64,000 nt of DNA. Source: a virus (lineage: Duplodnaviria; Caudoviricetes). The translations under genes and the position numbers were made by a program. The notes below the pieces were generated by a model. The model was not told where the DNA came from. It was given only the letters and a program-made list of their open reading frames with translations, and did no database searches. Numbering within the stretch: the stretch's first letter is position 1; each line of letters opens with the position of its first letter. The stretch is from positions 1-64,000 of the IMG/VR virus record IMGVR_UViG_3300025713_000650; one strand, given 5' to 3'. Below are positions 30,078 to 39,425 of this stretch, piece by piece.

Positions 30078-31292
30078 ATGGACAAATATAGTTATGAATC
30101 AAAAAAATTTATCGTTCAATTAGTTAATGAAAACTATTCTATTAAATCAATTTATGAAAAATTTATGCTGCGTTATGGTTATAATGGAAGCTATGAATCA
30201 TTTAGAAAATTTGTATATAGATTAAAAAAGAAAAACATATCAGAAGAAGTTTCTACAGATTTTAAAAAAAATAATGATATTATGAAATTAAATTTTATAA
30301 ATTTATTATCTAAAAGAAGATCTTTTACCATAATTGAATTATCTAATTTATTTAATTGTACACCTAATAAAATTATAGAATTAGTAAATGAATTTAAACA
30401 AGAAGGTTATGAAATTAATAATGATGATCATTTAGTTTACATGAGTAAAAATCTTGTTCTTAATTCAAACGATCATATTATTAAACCTTTAGAAACAGAT
30501 GAAATAATATTTGGGGTAGCTTCAGACCTTCATTTCGGATCCAAATCTTGTCAAATAACAGCTTTAAAAGATTTTTGTGAGATTTGTAAATTAGAAGGCG
30601 TTAAACATATATTTTCACCTGGAGATTTAACTGCAGGGATTAATGTTTATCCTGGACAGATTTATGATTTATATGAATCTAATATAACAGGTCAAACAAA
30701 TTCTTTATTAGCTAATTTACCTACGGGTTTTCAATGGTATTTCCTAGGTGGAAATCATGATTATGCATTTATTAAATCTACAGGATTTAATGTTTTAAGT
30801 TATATGGCTAATAAAAGAGATGATATTCATTATGTCAGTTTTGATGATGCAGATGTTCCGATATTAAAAAATGTTGATTTAAAAATGATTCATCCTTCTG
30901 GAGGAGTACCATATTCAATTTCTTATAGACTTCAAAAAAATGTAGAACAAGTTGCATATAATGAACTTAGAAAATTAGCTGATGGTAATAATAAATCAAG
31001 AATTAGATTTATTTTAGCAGGACATTTGCATATTCAGATGCAAGCAATGTTTGGAAATATTTTTGGTTGTCAATGTGGTTGTTTTGAAGGTAGGACAAAT
31101 TATCTTAAAAGAAAAGGTTTATTTCCTCATATTGGTGGATATATTATTAAAGCATCATTGAATAAGAATGGTCAATTAAAAAATTTTGATGCAAAATTTC
31201 ATATGTTTGATGAAATAGAAGATGATTGGAAGAACTTTAATCATATGTTTATTTCAGATGAAAGTGAAAAAATTAAGAATCCTATATTCTAA
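30078..31292 (+). CDS. HTH-fused calcineurin-like metallophosphoesterase
   Basis: SDLHFG, GD, GNHD, H, GHLH motifs; N-terminal HTH-like segments. Confidence 0.8.
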   Translation: MDKYSYESKKFIVQLVNENYSIKSIYEKFMLRYGYNGSYESFRKFVYRLKKKNISEEVSTDFKKNNDIMKLNFINLLSKRRSFTIIELSNLFNCTPNKIIELVNEFKQEGYEINNDDHLVYMSKNLVLNSNDHIIKPLETDEIIFGVASDLHFGSKSCQITALKDFCEICKLEGVKHIFSPGDLTAGINVYPGQIYDLYESNITGQTNSLLANLPTGFQWYFLGGNHDYAFIKSTGFNVLSYMANKRDDIHYVSFDDADVPILKNVDLKMIHPSGGVPYSISYRLQKNVEQVAYNELRKLADGNNKSRIRFILAGHLHIQMQAMFGNIFGCQCGCFEGRTNYLKRKGLFPHIGGYIIKASLNKNGQLKNFDAKFHMFDEIEDDWKNFNHMFISDESEKIKNPIF

Positions 31293-31405
31293 ATTGTATC
31301 AATATTTTCTAATCATTCAATCCACATAGATTTTAATATGCTAACATGAATAAGGGTATTAAAATAATTAGTCAATTCGTTGTAGGTGGTTTTAAAGCAA
31401 AAAAA

Positions 31406-31681
31406 TTAATTAGATATATAGATTTTTGAAATGAATTTGGGATACATTAATTTTCCATTAATTCTGATTAATGATATTTTAGATGATTCAGATGAAATTA
31501 TTTTAAAAAAGAATCTTCGATTTTTACATAATTTAGCTAAAGATAAAAAATCATCCTGAATTTTATTCGTATTTTGACATTTTGAAGACCATAGATTAAA
31601 CTTGTTAATAATCGTTTGAATGTTTGTGTTTTTTTCATTTTTATCACTTGTGCTATCGAAAATAACAAAACGATATTTCAC
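31406..31681 (-). CDS. hypothetical protein
   Basis: GTG start after AGGAG. Confidence 0.5.
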   Translation of the reverse strand: MKYRFVIFDSTSDKNEKNTNIQTIINKFNLWSSKCQNTNKIQDDFLSLAKLCKNRRFFFKIISSESSKISLIRINGKLMYPKFISKIYISN

Positions 31682-31696
31682 AATTTCTCCTTCCTT

Positions 31697-32344
31697 TTAA
31701 AGTAAGTAAAAATCTTTAATTATTATTTTTGCTTTCTTTCCCTTATCTAATTTATCTAATAAATTATAAAATATATTTAAAGAAGATAGAATTCCTTTTT
31801 TTTCATGAAGAAAACCATATTTTTTACCCACGGCAATACACCCTTCTAATTCACTCATAAGATTTGCAGAATGAATCAAAATATTAGATCTATTTTCAAC
31901 ATCTTTAAGACGATAAATTAGTCGATTATATCTAGGAAAAAATTTAGGAGATTTGAATAGTTCTAAGTCATATTCTCCTGAAGGAATACAACTTATATAA
32001 GGTTTATTATCTAACCAAGGTCTTTCTAATGTTACACAGAATACGGAATGATTGAGTTTTAATACCCCAAACATTCCGTATTCTAAATTATTTTCTAGTC
32101 TTATTATTTCTAAAATATTATCATAAACCATTATGTTTTTCTCTTTTTGTTTTTCTTTAATATTTCCAGAATCATTAACTGTTTCTTCTTTGACTGTTAC
32201 TTCAGAAGAAATAGTTATAGTTTCGTTATTTTCTTTTTTAGGTTTTTTGTTCTTAGTTGAGGTTCCAAAGTTTATTAAAATGTGTAAGAGTTTTTGAATT
32301 ATATTTTGACCAATCAATATTTTCTTTTCTCCATTTATTAACAA
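31697..32344 (-). CDS. DUF5675-family protein (start uncertain)
   Basis: TLERPW...CIPSGEY...RSNILIHSAN...GCIAVG. Confidence 0.75.
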   Translation of the reverse strand: MLINGEKKILIGQNIIQKLLHILINFGTSTKNKKPKKENNETITISSEVTVKEETVNDSGNIKEKQKEKNIMVYDNILEIIRLENNLEYGMFGVLKLNHSVFCVTLERPWLDNKPYISCIPSGEYDLELFKSPKFFPRYNRLIYRLKDVENRSNILIHSANLMSELEGCIAVGKKYGFLHEKKGILSSLNIFYNLLDKLDKGKKAKIIIKDFYLL

Positions 32345-32591
32345 GATAATTAAACAAAATTGGATTTGCTTTTTTTAGTAAAAATCCAATTCGATTTTCA
32401 AAATTAATAATTGTTTTTCCTGTTTTTTCTTTATATCTTTTCAATTCTTCTCTAATATCAATCTCTTTTGGAATTTGTTCTAAAGGTAAATCATTAAGAT
32501 ATCTTTCAAAATTTGCTTTACTGAATTTTGATTTAAGAAAAACAATTTCGTTGTTTTTTGTAATACATGTTCCTTCAAAAAATTTCTCCAA
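32253..32591 (-). CDS. hypothetical protein
   Basis: TTG start after AGGAGG. Confidence 0.55.
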   Translation of the reverse strand: MEKFFEGTCITKNNEIVFLKSKFSKANFERYLNDLPLEQIPKEIDIREELKRYKEKTGKTIINFENRIGFLLKKANPILFNYLVNKWRKENIDWSKYNSKTLTHFNKLWNLN

Positions 32592-32618
32592 TTTTTCCTC
32601 CTTTCTCTTTTTTTTAAA

Positions 32619-32695
32619 TGGTGGACCGGGCGGGGCTCGAACCCACGACCTACTGATTAAAAGTCAGTTGCTCTAGCCAACTGAGCTACCGGTCC
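32619..32695 (-). tRNA. tRNA-Lys(UUU)
   Basis: Cloverleaf; anticodon loop CTTTTAA; encoded CCA. Confidence 0.95.
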
Positions 32696-32698
32696 ATG

Positions 32699-32774
32699 TG
32701 GCAGGGGAGGAGGGATTTGAACCCCCGTAAACAGCTTCAAAGGCTGCCATCTGTAACCACTCGATTACTCCCCA
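32699..32774 (-). tRNA. tRNA-Gln(UUG)
   Basis: Loop CTTTGAA; GTTCAAATC; CCA. Confidence 0.9.
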
Positions 32775-32788
32775 ATAATTATTTTTGA

Positions 32789-32861
32789 TGGTCCAGTCAG
32801 GATTTGAACCTGAAACCATTCGGTTATGAGCCGAGGGCTCTACCAATTGAGCTACTGGACC
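32789..32861 (-). tRNA. tRNA with CAU anticodon (Ile2-like or elongator Met)
   Basis: CGG-CTCATAA-CCG; G1-C72 paired; no encoded CCA. Confidence 0.9.
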
Positions 32862-32887
32862 TAAATTTTAATTTTATAAATATTTGG

Positions 32888-33209
32888 CAAGAAAACCGCT
32901 ATCCCTTTAGGGTAGCGGATGAATTGCCTACCCTATTGGATAATTCGCCTTACGGCGTTATGCGTACTCCGCAACGCTGTTACCACGTTACTTTTCCGAC
33001 ATCATCTCGACAATGATATATAGGCTTTTTACATCCACAACACCGAAGTGTACCCTTAGCTTCTACTTAATTGTGGACAACAGAGCAACGGTCTGATGCG
33101 TCAACCGAGGGTGTTATGACCTAAATATCGTAGCTATGATTTCTCATAGCTTAGTCTGGTGAACTGGCTCAATAGAAGCCCCGACCCTTTAGGGTCGTGG
33201 GTAGTTCAC
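32888..33209 (+). mobile_element. non-autonomous IS200/IS605 derivative (about 320 bp)
   Basis: Left-end hairpin CCGCTATCC CTTTA GGGTAGCGG followed by ATGAATTG; right end GAAGCCCCGACCCTTTAGGGTCGTGGGTAGTTCAC; no transposase. Confidence 0.75.
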
Positions 33210-33371
33210 TCTGATTTTAAATTTTTTATCTTTGATATAGTAATGCTTTAAATTGACTTATTCAATTTGTTTATCAAGAAGTTTTAATTTAATCAATGCT
33301 CTTGCAACTTAAATTCTTTCTTTTTTTCACAATTTTCCCATTTTAGGTTTGAAGTTTAAATCTTATTTGTA

Positions 33372-33461
33372 AGGAGAGTAAGGGATTCGAACCCTTGGTG
33401 CCACGCTAATGACACAACGGTTTTCAAGACCGCCGCCTTAATCCATCTCGGCCAACTCTCC
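33372..33461 (-). tRNA. tRNA-Ser(UGA)
   Basis: Loop CTTGAAA; long variable arm. Confidence 0.9.
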
Positions 33462-33535
33462 ATTAAAACCCCCAGTCTTAACGGCGACTGAGGGGGTGCC
33501 ACAACCCTAAACCTTAGGTAAAGGATTATCCTAAT

Positions 33536-33742
33536 CTAATATAAATTAGAATTAGTTCCGTGTAAGTAACCTAACCAAAATGGCCAGAAAAACATGTTAA
33601 TAAATAATAATACTAAAAAGAACATAATCTTATTTAAATTATAAAATTCTTTTGGTTTACCATATCTGAATTTAACTGTAAAACAATAAGAAAAAGTATA
33701 ACTAAATCCTAAAATCCATAGAAAGATTATCAGTTCCCACAT
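33536..33742 (-). CDS. small two-TM membrane protein
   Basis: Two hydrophobic stretches; FWPFWL. Confidence 0.6.
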   Translation of the reverse strand: MWELIIFLWILGFSYTFSYCFTVKFRYGKPKEFYNLNKIMFFLVLLFINMFFWPFWLGYLHGTNSNLY

Positions 33743-33782
33743 ATTTTATTCCTTTCTTTTGATTTTTTGGATTTAATAAGAA

Positions 33783-33855
33783 TAGGGCCGGAGGGGTTCG
33801 AACCCTCGATTACAAGATTGAAAATCTTGTGACCTAACCACTAGTCCACGGCCCC
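33783..33855 (-). tRNA. tRNA-Glu(UUC)
   Basis: Loop TTTTCAA; GTTCGAACC. Confidence 0.9.
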
Positions 33856-33872
33856 ATATAATTTTTAATTTC

Positions 33873-33949
33873 TGGTCCGGATGGAAGGATTTGAACCTTC
33901 GACCCCCTGATCCCAGGTCAGGTGCGCTACCAGACTGCGCTACACCCGG
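33873..33949 (-). tRNA. tRNA-Pro(UGG)
   Basis: Loop CCTGGGA; CCA. Confidence 0.9.
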
Positions 33950-34001
33950 AAATATTTTTTTAATCTATTTATTTATTCCAATTTTTTTTAAAAGAAATAT
34001 C

Positions 34002-34592
34002 TTAATTTTCTTTATATTGATGTTTACGATATTTTTTCCAATTTTTATGATGTTCTTTTACAATATCATCCCAAGAATTTGGAATATATTTGAAGCTTCT
34101 TTTGGTTCTTAATTTTATGGGGTAATCTTCATTTTCCCCAAGAAATGACCAACGTCTTTCTTGTGTTGTTCTCATGTATCTAAAATATGATTTATACCAA
34201 TGACGTTTTCCCGTATCCGGCACTGGTGTTTTTCTGTAAATAAATTTTTTAATATATTTCTTATTTCTATTTTTTCTTTTATTTAAGTTATATTTTCTAA
34301 AATCATTTTTAATATTTTCAGGATCTAAAGTAACTCCATCCTTTTCAACAACATAGAGTGTTGATTTTTCGTCAATTAAAATAGGTTTACGATTAAAAGG
34401 ATTTAAAAATTGACAATATCTATATTGATATAAAGCAACTGAATCAAAACTTTTACCAATTCTTAAAATAATATCCATATTCAAATATGATAAAAATTCT
34501 TCATAAGAATCATAAACAATTATTCTGTTTTCTCTTGTATATAAGAAAACATGTGATTCTTTTTTCTCAACAACATAAAACTTTTGTTTCAT
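34002..34592 (-). CDS. basic hypothetical protein with an R/K/W-rich C-terminus
   Basis: PVPDTGK...RTTQERR...IPNSWDD...WKKYRKHQYK. Confidence 0.7.
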   Translation of the reverse strand: MKQKFYVVEKKESHVFLYTRENRIIVYDSYEEFLSYLNMDIILRIGKSFDSVALYQYRYCQFLNPFNRKPILIDEKSTLYVVEKDGVTLDPENIKNDFRKYNLNKRKNRNKKYIKKFIYRKTPVPDTGKRHWYKSYFRYMRTTQERRWSFLGENEDYPIKLRTKRSFKYIPNSWDDIVKEHHKNWKKYRKHQYKEN

Positions 34593-34617
34593 TTTTTAAA
34601 CCTCCATTTTTACTTAC

Positions 34618-34647
34618 TTAATGGAAGCCTGAAAAATATATTCTCAT
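34618..34647 (-). CDS. putative leader peptide MRIYFSGFH
   Basis: Own GGAG RBS; its 3' end pairs with the RBS of the next gene. Confidence 0.55.
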   Translation of the reverse strand: MRIYFSGFH

Positions 34648-34669
34648 ATTTATCTCCGTTGAAATATTT

Positions 34670-34822
34670 AAGTCCCCGTCTCTCCGGGTGTCAAGCCTTT
34701 GATAGTCGGCTTTCACTCCAGGTGCCATTTCACTGTGGCCTCAATGCACCTGGTTGAGTGTTCCATTTCCACAGTCTGGATCTGATCTTCCAGTTCGTAA
34801 ACACATTATCTATCGGGATTTA
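34670..34822 (-). ncRNA. candidate structured ncRNA
   Basis: GC-rich non-coding island with four hairpins inside the tRNA cluster. Confidence 0.55.
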
Positions 34823-34853
34823 GATAAGGGTTTAGAAGAATATTTTTGATTAA

Positions 34854-34926
34854 AGCTGGAGGTGAGAATTGAACTCACGACCTATTGATTACAAATCAAT
34901 TGCTCTACCTGCTGAGCTACTCCAGC
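34854..34926 (-). tRNA. tRNA-Thr(UGU)
   Basis: Loop TTTGTAA. Confidence 0.92.
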
Positions 34927-35001
34927 AATATTTTTAATTATGTTCTAGTACAGGTTTGTAATTATCTTCAATATATTTTCATCAATTCATCTAAAAAAAT
35001 T

Positions 35002-35076
35002 TGGCTCCCCGTCTTGGATTTGAACCAAGGACACTCTGATTAACAGTCAGATGCTCTACCACTGAGCTAACGGGGA
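35002..35076 (-). tRNA. tRNA-Asn(GUU)
   Basis: Loop CTGTTAA; CCA. Confidence 0.95.
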
Positions 35077-35091
35077 ATAATTAACTTTGAG

Positions 35092-35165
35092 CACGCTCGG
35101 AAGGATTCGAACCTTCGACCTATGGATTAGAAGTCCATTGCTCTATCCAACTGAGCTACGAGCGC
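35092..35165 (-). tRNA. tRNA-Arg(UCU)
   Basis: Loop CTTCTAA. Confidence 0.92.
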
Positions 35166-35200
35166 ATAAAAAAAGAATACTCTCTTAGAGTATTTTTTAT

Positions 35201-35221
35201 TTCACTAATTAATATATATAG
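35201..35221 (-). promoter_or_regulatory. promoter-like motif A heading the tRNA cluster
   Basis: Exact consensus copy. Confidence 0.7.
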
Positions 35222-35461
35222 TTATTGTTTGCTTAAATGATTGTTAATCTCGAGTATATTATCTCTTAAATTTTTAACTAGATTATTAAAAGTTCTTTCA
35301 ATGTTTTGTTTCCATAATTCTTTTTCTTCAACGGGAGTATCATTTCTTAAAATTTGTTCCGTATTTTTAAAAAAGAATCTAAATTGTAATTCAACTCTAT
35401 TTAATTTTTTTAAAATCGTGTTATTTTGTTTTATCTGATCTATCTGTTTTTGATTTGTCAT
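35222..35461 (-). CDS. hypothetical protein
   Basis: 79-aa ORF. Confidence 0.45.
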   Translation of the reverse strand: MTNQKQIDQIKQNNTILKKLNRVELQFRFFFKNTEQILRNDTPVEEKELWKQNIERTFNNLVKNLRDNILEINNHLSKQ

Positions 35462-35517
35462 TAAGCAAAAAATAGAAGGTATATTTAAATAATATACCTT
35501 CTTTCTCCTTTATTTTT

Positions 35518-35805
35518 TTAGAAAATTTTAATTATCTTTATCTTATTAAAGAATTTTATATACTTAACATAAAGAATATAATCTTTAGGAAATTTATTAA
35601 ATATTTCTTTACTTACTTTAATTTTTATAATCTTTTCTGGATAATTTCTTAAACTAATATTGAAAAAGAAATTATTTGATAATTTATTTGATAATTTTCT
35701 AACAATTTTTCCTCTCCCAATAAAAATACCAAATCTTTCGTAAATTTTCTTAATACTAAAAATTATTAATAAGATTATTAAAATTGTAATTATTATATTT
35801 CTCAT
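35518..35805 (-). CDS. small membrane-anchored protein
   Basis: N-terminal TM segment. Confidence 0.5.
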   Translation of the reverse strand: MRNIIITILIILLIIFSIKKIYERFGIFIGRGKIVRKLSNKLSNNFFFNISLRNYPEKIIKIKVSKEIFNKFPKDYILYVKYIKFFNKIKIIKIF

Positions 35806-36005
35806 CCAGCAATCCTTTTATTTTCCATTTGTTTAATCCATGTTGTTTTTGTTGGAACCTCTTTTTCTTTATGAATTAATGCACAATTAGGACACAATGG
35901 AACATCTTTTTTAGGATGCCAATATCTAGTCTCTTTTCCACAAAAACAACAATTTTCAGCAAATCCTGAATGTAAATTTTTTGGTTCTAATTCTATTCTT
36001 ATCAT
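35802..36005 (-). CDS. small zinc-finger protein
   Basis: CCFC...CPNC. Confidence 0.6.
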   Translation of the reverse strand: MIRIELEPKNLHSGFAENCCFCGKETRYWHPKKDVPLCPNCALIHKEKEVPTKTTWIKQMENKRIAG

Positions 36006-36006
36006 T

Positions 36007-37875
36007 TTATTCCTCCTCTTGTTTTTTAGTTATCATTTTTATAAAATCCAATTCGGTTATAATGGGAATACCGTGTTTCTTTGCTTTTAAATATTTTGAA
36101 GAAGAAGATGATTCATTAGTAATTAAATATTTAGTATTTTTACTGATTGTCCCTAATGAAATCCCATTTTCATTTAATATTTTTTCAAACCTGTTTCTAG
36201 GCATTGACAATTTACCTGTAACTGCAACTGAATATTTTATTTTCCTCTCTTCTAATTGCTCATTTGAAATTGGAATAATTTTTGATAATAAATTCCAAAA
36301 ATCATATTTTCTATATAATTCATTTTTAATATTTATAGGAACATCTAATGTATTAATTTCACTTAATAAGAATGTTTCGGGAACTACTTTTCTTAAAGCA
36401 TATGATGCAGATTTACCCAAACCTGTTAAATTACAAATATACCAAAATTCAGATATTGTAAAATTATTATTAAATTTCTTTAATAAATTATATTCTAATT
36501 CTGTTATTAATTTTCCATAATGATTCCCAAATAAATTTTGATTATCTTCTAATCTTTTTTCTTTATTTACATTTTTTAAATATTCAACTAACTCACAAAC
36601 TAAAGATACTGTTTTATATTTATTTATCCATTCTTCTAATGTATTAGGACCCAAACCATCAGGAATACCAGATATTTCTAAAATCTTTAAAATATTACCT
36701 TTTATTCTTGCAGGACAATCTAAATTGTTGCAAACTAAATGAACGCTTTCCCAATCTAAATGAAATCCACAAACAGGACATCTTTCAGGAAGATCAACTT
36801 CTTGTTCTTGTAAAACATTTCTAATATAAGGTATAACATCACCAGATCTTATAACAGTAATTAATGAATTTCTATTTAAGCCATTATCTTTAATATACTG
36901 AGCGTTGTGAGCTGTAATATTTTGGATGTTTGCTTGACAAATAAAAATAGGTTTTTTAAGTTTAACAACGGGAATAACTCTTCCTGATATTCCTGTTTTC
37001 CATATTATATCCTCAACTAAACCTACACCAGTTTCACCTTCAAATTTATAAGCTATCATATTTTCAATAATATCTTTTCCACTTCTTATAACTGAATTTT
37101 TATTTATAACTAAACCATCAATAGGAAATAAAAATTTTATTTTTTCATATATTTCTTTAAGATTTTCTACATTTATTTCATCAATAAAAGAATAAATTGG
37201 AAAATCATCAAAAAACCCCCAACTAGATAAATAAGTAAATATATCTGTTTTATAATCAACTTTATATGATTTATCTTCTAAAATTCTAATACTATATGGA
37301 ATAAATTCTACCATATCTAAATCTTTTGTAATTTCATCACGATTTAAAATTCCTGAAACATAATTTCTTGGAGATGGAATATCTCTATTTTTTAATTCTT
37401 GTTCATATTTAATAGGAATAATACATTCACCTCTTATTGATAATAAACCTTTTGGTAAATTATGAATATTATATTTTTCTAAAATATATTTTATTTTATT
37501 TGTGCAAACTCTTCCATTTAACCCATCACCTCTTGATAATGCTTTTATTAAAATACCATTTTGATAATATAAAACAAAAGAACCTCCATCAAATTTTGGA
37601 GAGATAATAACATTTTTTGTAAAATCATAAGGAATATTTTCATTATATTTAAATTTTGAATTTATTGATCCAACTAAAGATCCAATGTGTCTTGATTTAC
37701 TTTTTTCTTCAGGTTTATATCCCCAACCGACAGATTGTAATATCTCAGAATTTGGATTTTGTATTTTTAAAATCTCAACTAAATTATCAAATTCTTCATC
37801 AGTAATAAACGCTTGACCTTCATAATATGATTTACTTGCAGAAATGATTTTTAATTCTAAATCTGAATATTCCAT
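36007..37875 (-). CDS. ligA: NAD+-dependent DNA ligase
   Basis: YY.G...ITDEEFD, KFDG, SRGDG, RGE, AYKF, SGDVIP, Zn finger, C-terminal BRCT. Confidence 0.92.
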   Translation of the reverse strand: MEYSDLELKIISASKSYYEGQAFITDEEFDNLVEILKIQNPNSEILQSVGWGYKPEEKSKSRHIGSLVGSINSKFKYNENIPYDFTKNVIISPKFDGGSFVLYYQNGILIKALSRGDGLNGRVCTNKIKYILEKYNIHNLPKGLLSIRGECIIPIKYEQELKNRDIPSPRNYVSGILNRDEITKDLDMVEFIPYSIRILEDKSYKVDYKTDIFTYLSSWGFFDDFPIYSFIDEINVENLKEIYEKIKFLFPIDGLVINKNSVIRSGKDIIENMIAYKFEGETGVGLVEDIIWKTGISGRVIPVVKLKKPIFICQANIQNITAHNAQYIKDNGLNRNSLITVIRSGDVIPYIRNVLQEQEVDLPERCPVCGFHLDWESVHLVCNNLDCPARIKGNILKILEISGIPDGLGPNTLEEWINKYKTVSLVCELVEYLKNVNKEKRLEDNQNLFGNHYGKLITELEYNLLKKFNNNFTISEFWYICNLTGLGKSASYALRKVVPETFLLSEINTLDVPINIKNELYRKYDFWNLLSKIIPISNEQLEERKIKYSVAVTGKLSMPRNRFEKILNENGISLGTISKNTKYLITNESSSSSKYLKAKKHGIPIITELDFIKMITKKQEEE

Positions 37876-37916
37876 TTATTCTCCTTTCTTTTTTTAGATT
37901 TAAAAAAAGAGAGTGT

Positions 37917-38546
37917 TTAACTCTCTTTAATAACTATTGACATATACCCGTACATATCCAATACATTCTTCACATAGTTTAATGTCTCGGTATATGGTGG
38001 AATGTCATTATATTTATTAACAGCTCCAATTCCAGCATTATAAGCCGCAAGTATTAATTTTATATCCTCAAATTGTTGATGACAATAAGCTAATATCTGT
38101 GCTCCAACATCAATATTTACTTCAATATCATAAATACTTGATTCATCAATACATCTTATTTCTAATAATTTAAGATGTTGATCAATCATTATTTGAGTTA
38201 ATCCTTTTGCACCTTTTGGTGATTTTGCATTTGGATTCCACTGTGATTCAATATCTATTACTGATGTTAAAAGAATAGGATCAATATCGTATCTTGTTGC
38301 AGAATTAACAATACATTTTGCAATATTGATTCTTGTTTTTTCATCTAGATTACTTCTTAAAGAAATTAAATAAGAAATGTCATCTGAATAAATTTGTCTC
38401 CCAACCTCTACCGTAATAACTTCGATTTCGGGTTCACATGTACATTCATTTTCATATACTTTAGAAAACACAGATAAATTGACAAAGAACAATATCCCAA
38501 AGACACATAAAAACGTAATAAAAATACTTGTCTTAATTTTAATCAT
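37917..38546 (-). CDS. lytic transglycosylase (SLT domain) with N-terminal TM/signal
   Basis: IESQWNPNAKSPKGAKGLTQIM, AAYNAG, ETLNYV; ATG at 38546 after GAGGAGG. Confidence 0.9.
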   Translation of the reverse strand: MIKIKTSIFITFLCVFGILFFVNLSVFSKVYENECTCEPEIEVITVEVGRQIYSDDISYLISLRSNLDEKTRINIAKCIVNSATRYDIDPILLTSVIDIESQWNPNAKSPKGAKGLTQIMIDQHLKLLEIRCIDESSIYDIEVNIDVGAQILAYCHQQFEDIKLILAAYNAGIGAVNKYNDIPPYTETLNYVKNVLDMYGYMSIVIKES

Positions 38547-38568
38547 AATAAATCCTCCTCTTATTTTT

Positions 38569-38589
38569 TTCATTAATTAATATATATAC
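38569..38589 (-). promoter_or_regulatory. promoter-like motif A
   Basis: GTATATATATTAATTAATGAA. Confidence 0.65.
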
Positions 38590-38629
38590 AAAATTACAAC
38601 TAAAAATAAAAAAGAAAATTGAAAATGAT

Positions 38630-38638
38630 TAGAACAAA
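38630..38638 (+). promoter_or_regulatory. promoter-like motif B upstream of the sheath operon
   Basis: TAGAACAAA. Confidence 0.5.
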
Positions 38639-38665
38639 AATTAAAAATGAGAAGAGGTTGATTAA

Positions 38666-39355
38666 TTGAAAAATCCTGTTGATAATAAAGATAATGAAAA
38701 TAGGACAATTATTATTGAGGCCCAAGAAAGATATTCAGATTGCCTGAATGATTCTATGCATAATCCTATTAAAAGAGGATATCGAAGAGTACCTAGGAAT
38801 TATGTTGATATTTATGAGGTAAAAGATAATAAAAGAAAACTTTTAACAAGAAGTAACCTAGTTGTTTCAGCTGGTAGAGAATGGACTGCATCCAGGATTT
38901 TAAATATGCAAAATGTTAATATTTCTGCAACACCTAATGAATTTTTATGTTGGTTTGGTGTAGGTTCTGGTGGATGTTTATTAGAAGATCCATTAAATCC
39001 CATTTCTCCAACAAATGCAGATACTGACTTATCAAATAAAGTTATTTTAAGTGAAAATAATTTTTCATATGGTGATTATATTACAAGTGAAGGATATTAT
39101 AAAAAACAATTTGATAATATTGAGTTTGTCCAAGATCAAGATAATAATGATGCATATTTAATATGTTTAGTTACAAATTCTTTGACTCAAGATGATGCAA
39201 ATGAACAAACAATTAATGAAGCTGCTTTATATACAGGAATTTCAAGTTTATCTGGTTATGGTGGTCCTTTTACTTTATATGCTAAAATTACATTTCAAAC
39301 AATTATAAAAAAGCCTAATATGAATTTAGTTTTTGCTTGGTATTTATTTTTCTAA
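38666..39355 (+). CDS. baseplate / tail-fibre attachment-like protein
   Basis: NLVV..GR, FGVGSGG, INEAALY, F..I.K motifs; next to the sheath gene. Confidence 0.6.
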   Translation: MKNPVDNKDNENRTIIIEAQERYSDCLNDSMHNPIKRGYRRVPRNYVDIYEVKDNKRKLLTRSNLVVSAGREWTASRILNMQNVNISATPNEFLCWFGVGSGGCLLEDPLNPISPTNADTDLSNKVILSENNFSYGDYITSEGYYKKQFDNIEFVQDQDNNDAYLICLVTNSLTQDDANEQTINEAALYTGISSLSGYGGPFTLYAKITFQTIIKKPNMNLVFAWYLFF

Positions 39356-39425
39356 AAGGAAGTCTAAAAAATATTAAAAAAATAAAAAAAAGAAAAGTAG
39401 AGAATATCTCGGAGGATTTTTTTAA

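Noticed and set aside
32804-34112. ORFs 32804..33016 and 33891..34112
   Set aside because: Antisense to tRNA genes or overlapping the IS remnant.
34396-34412. Partial match to the putative guide of element 20799 (AAAAGGATTTAAAAAT), also near 25757
   Set aside because: Low-complexity AT-rich match without the TTTAA motif; expected by chance.
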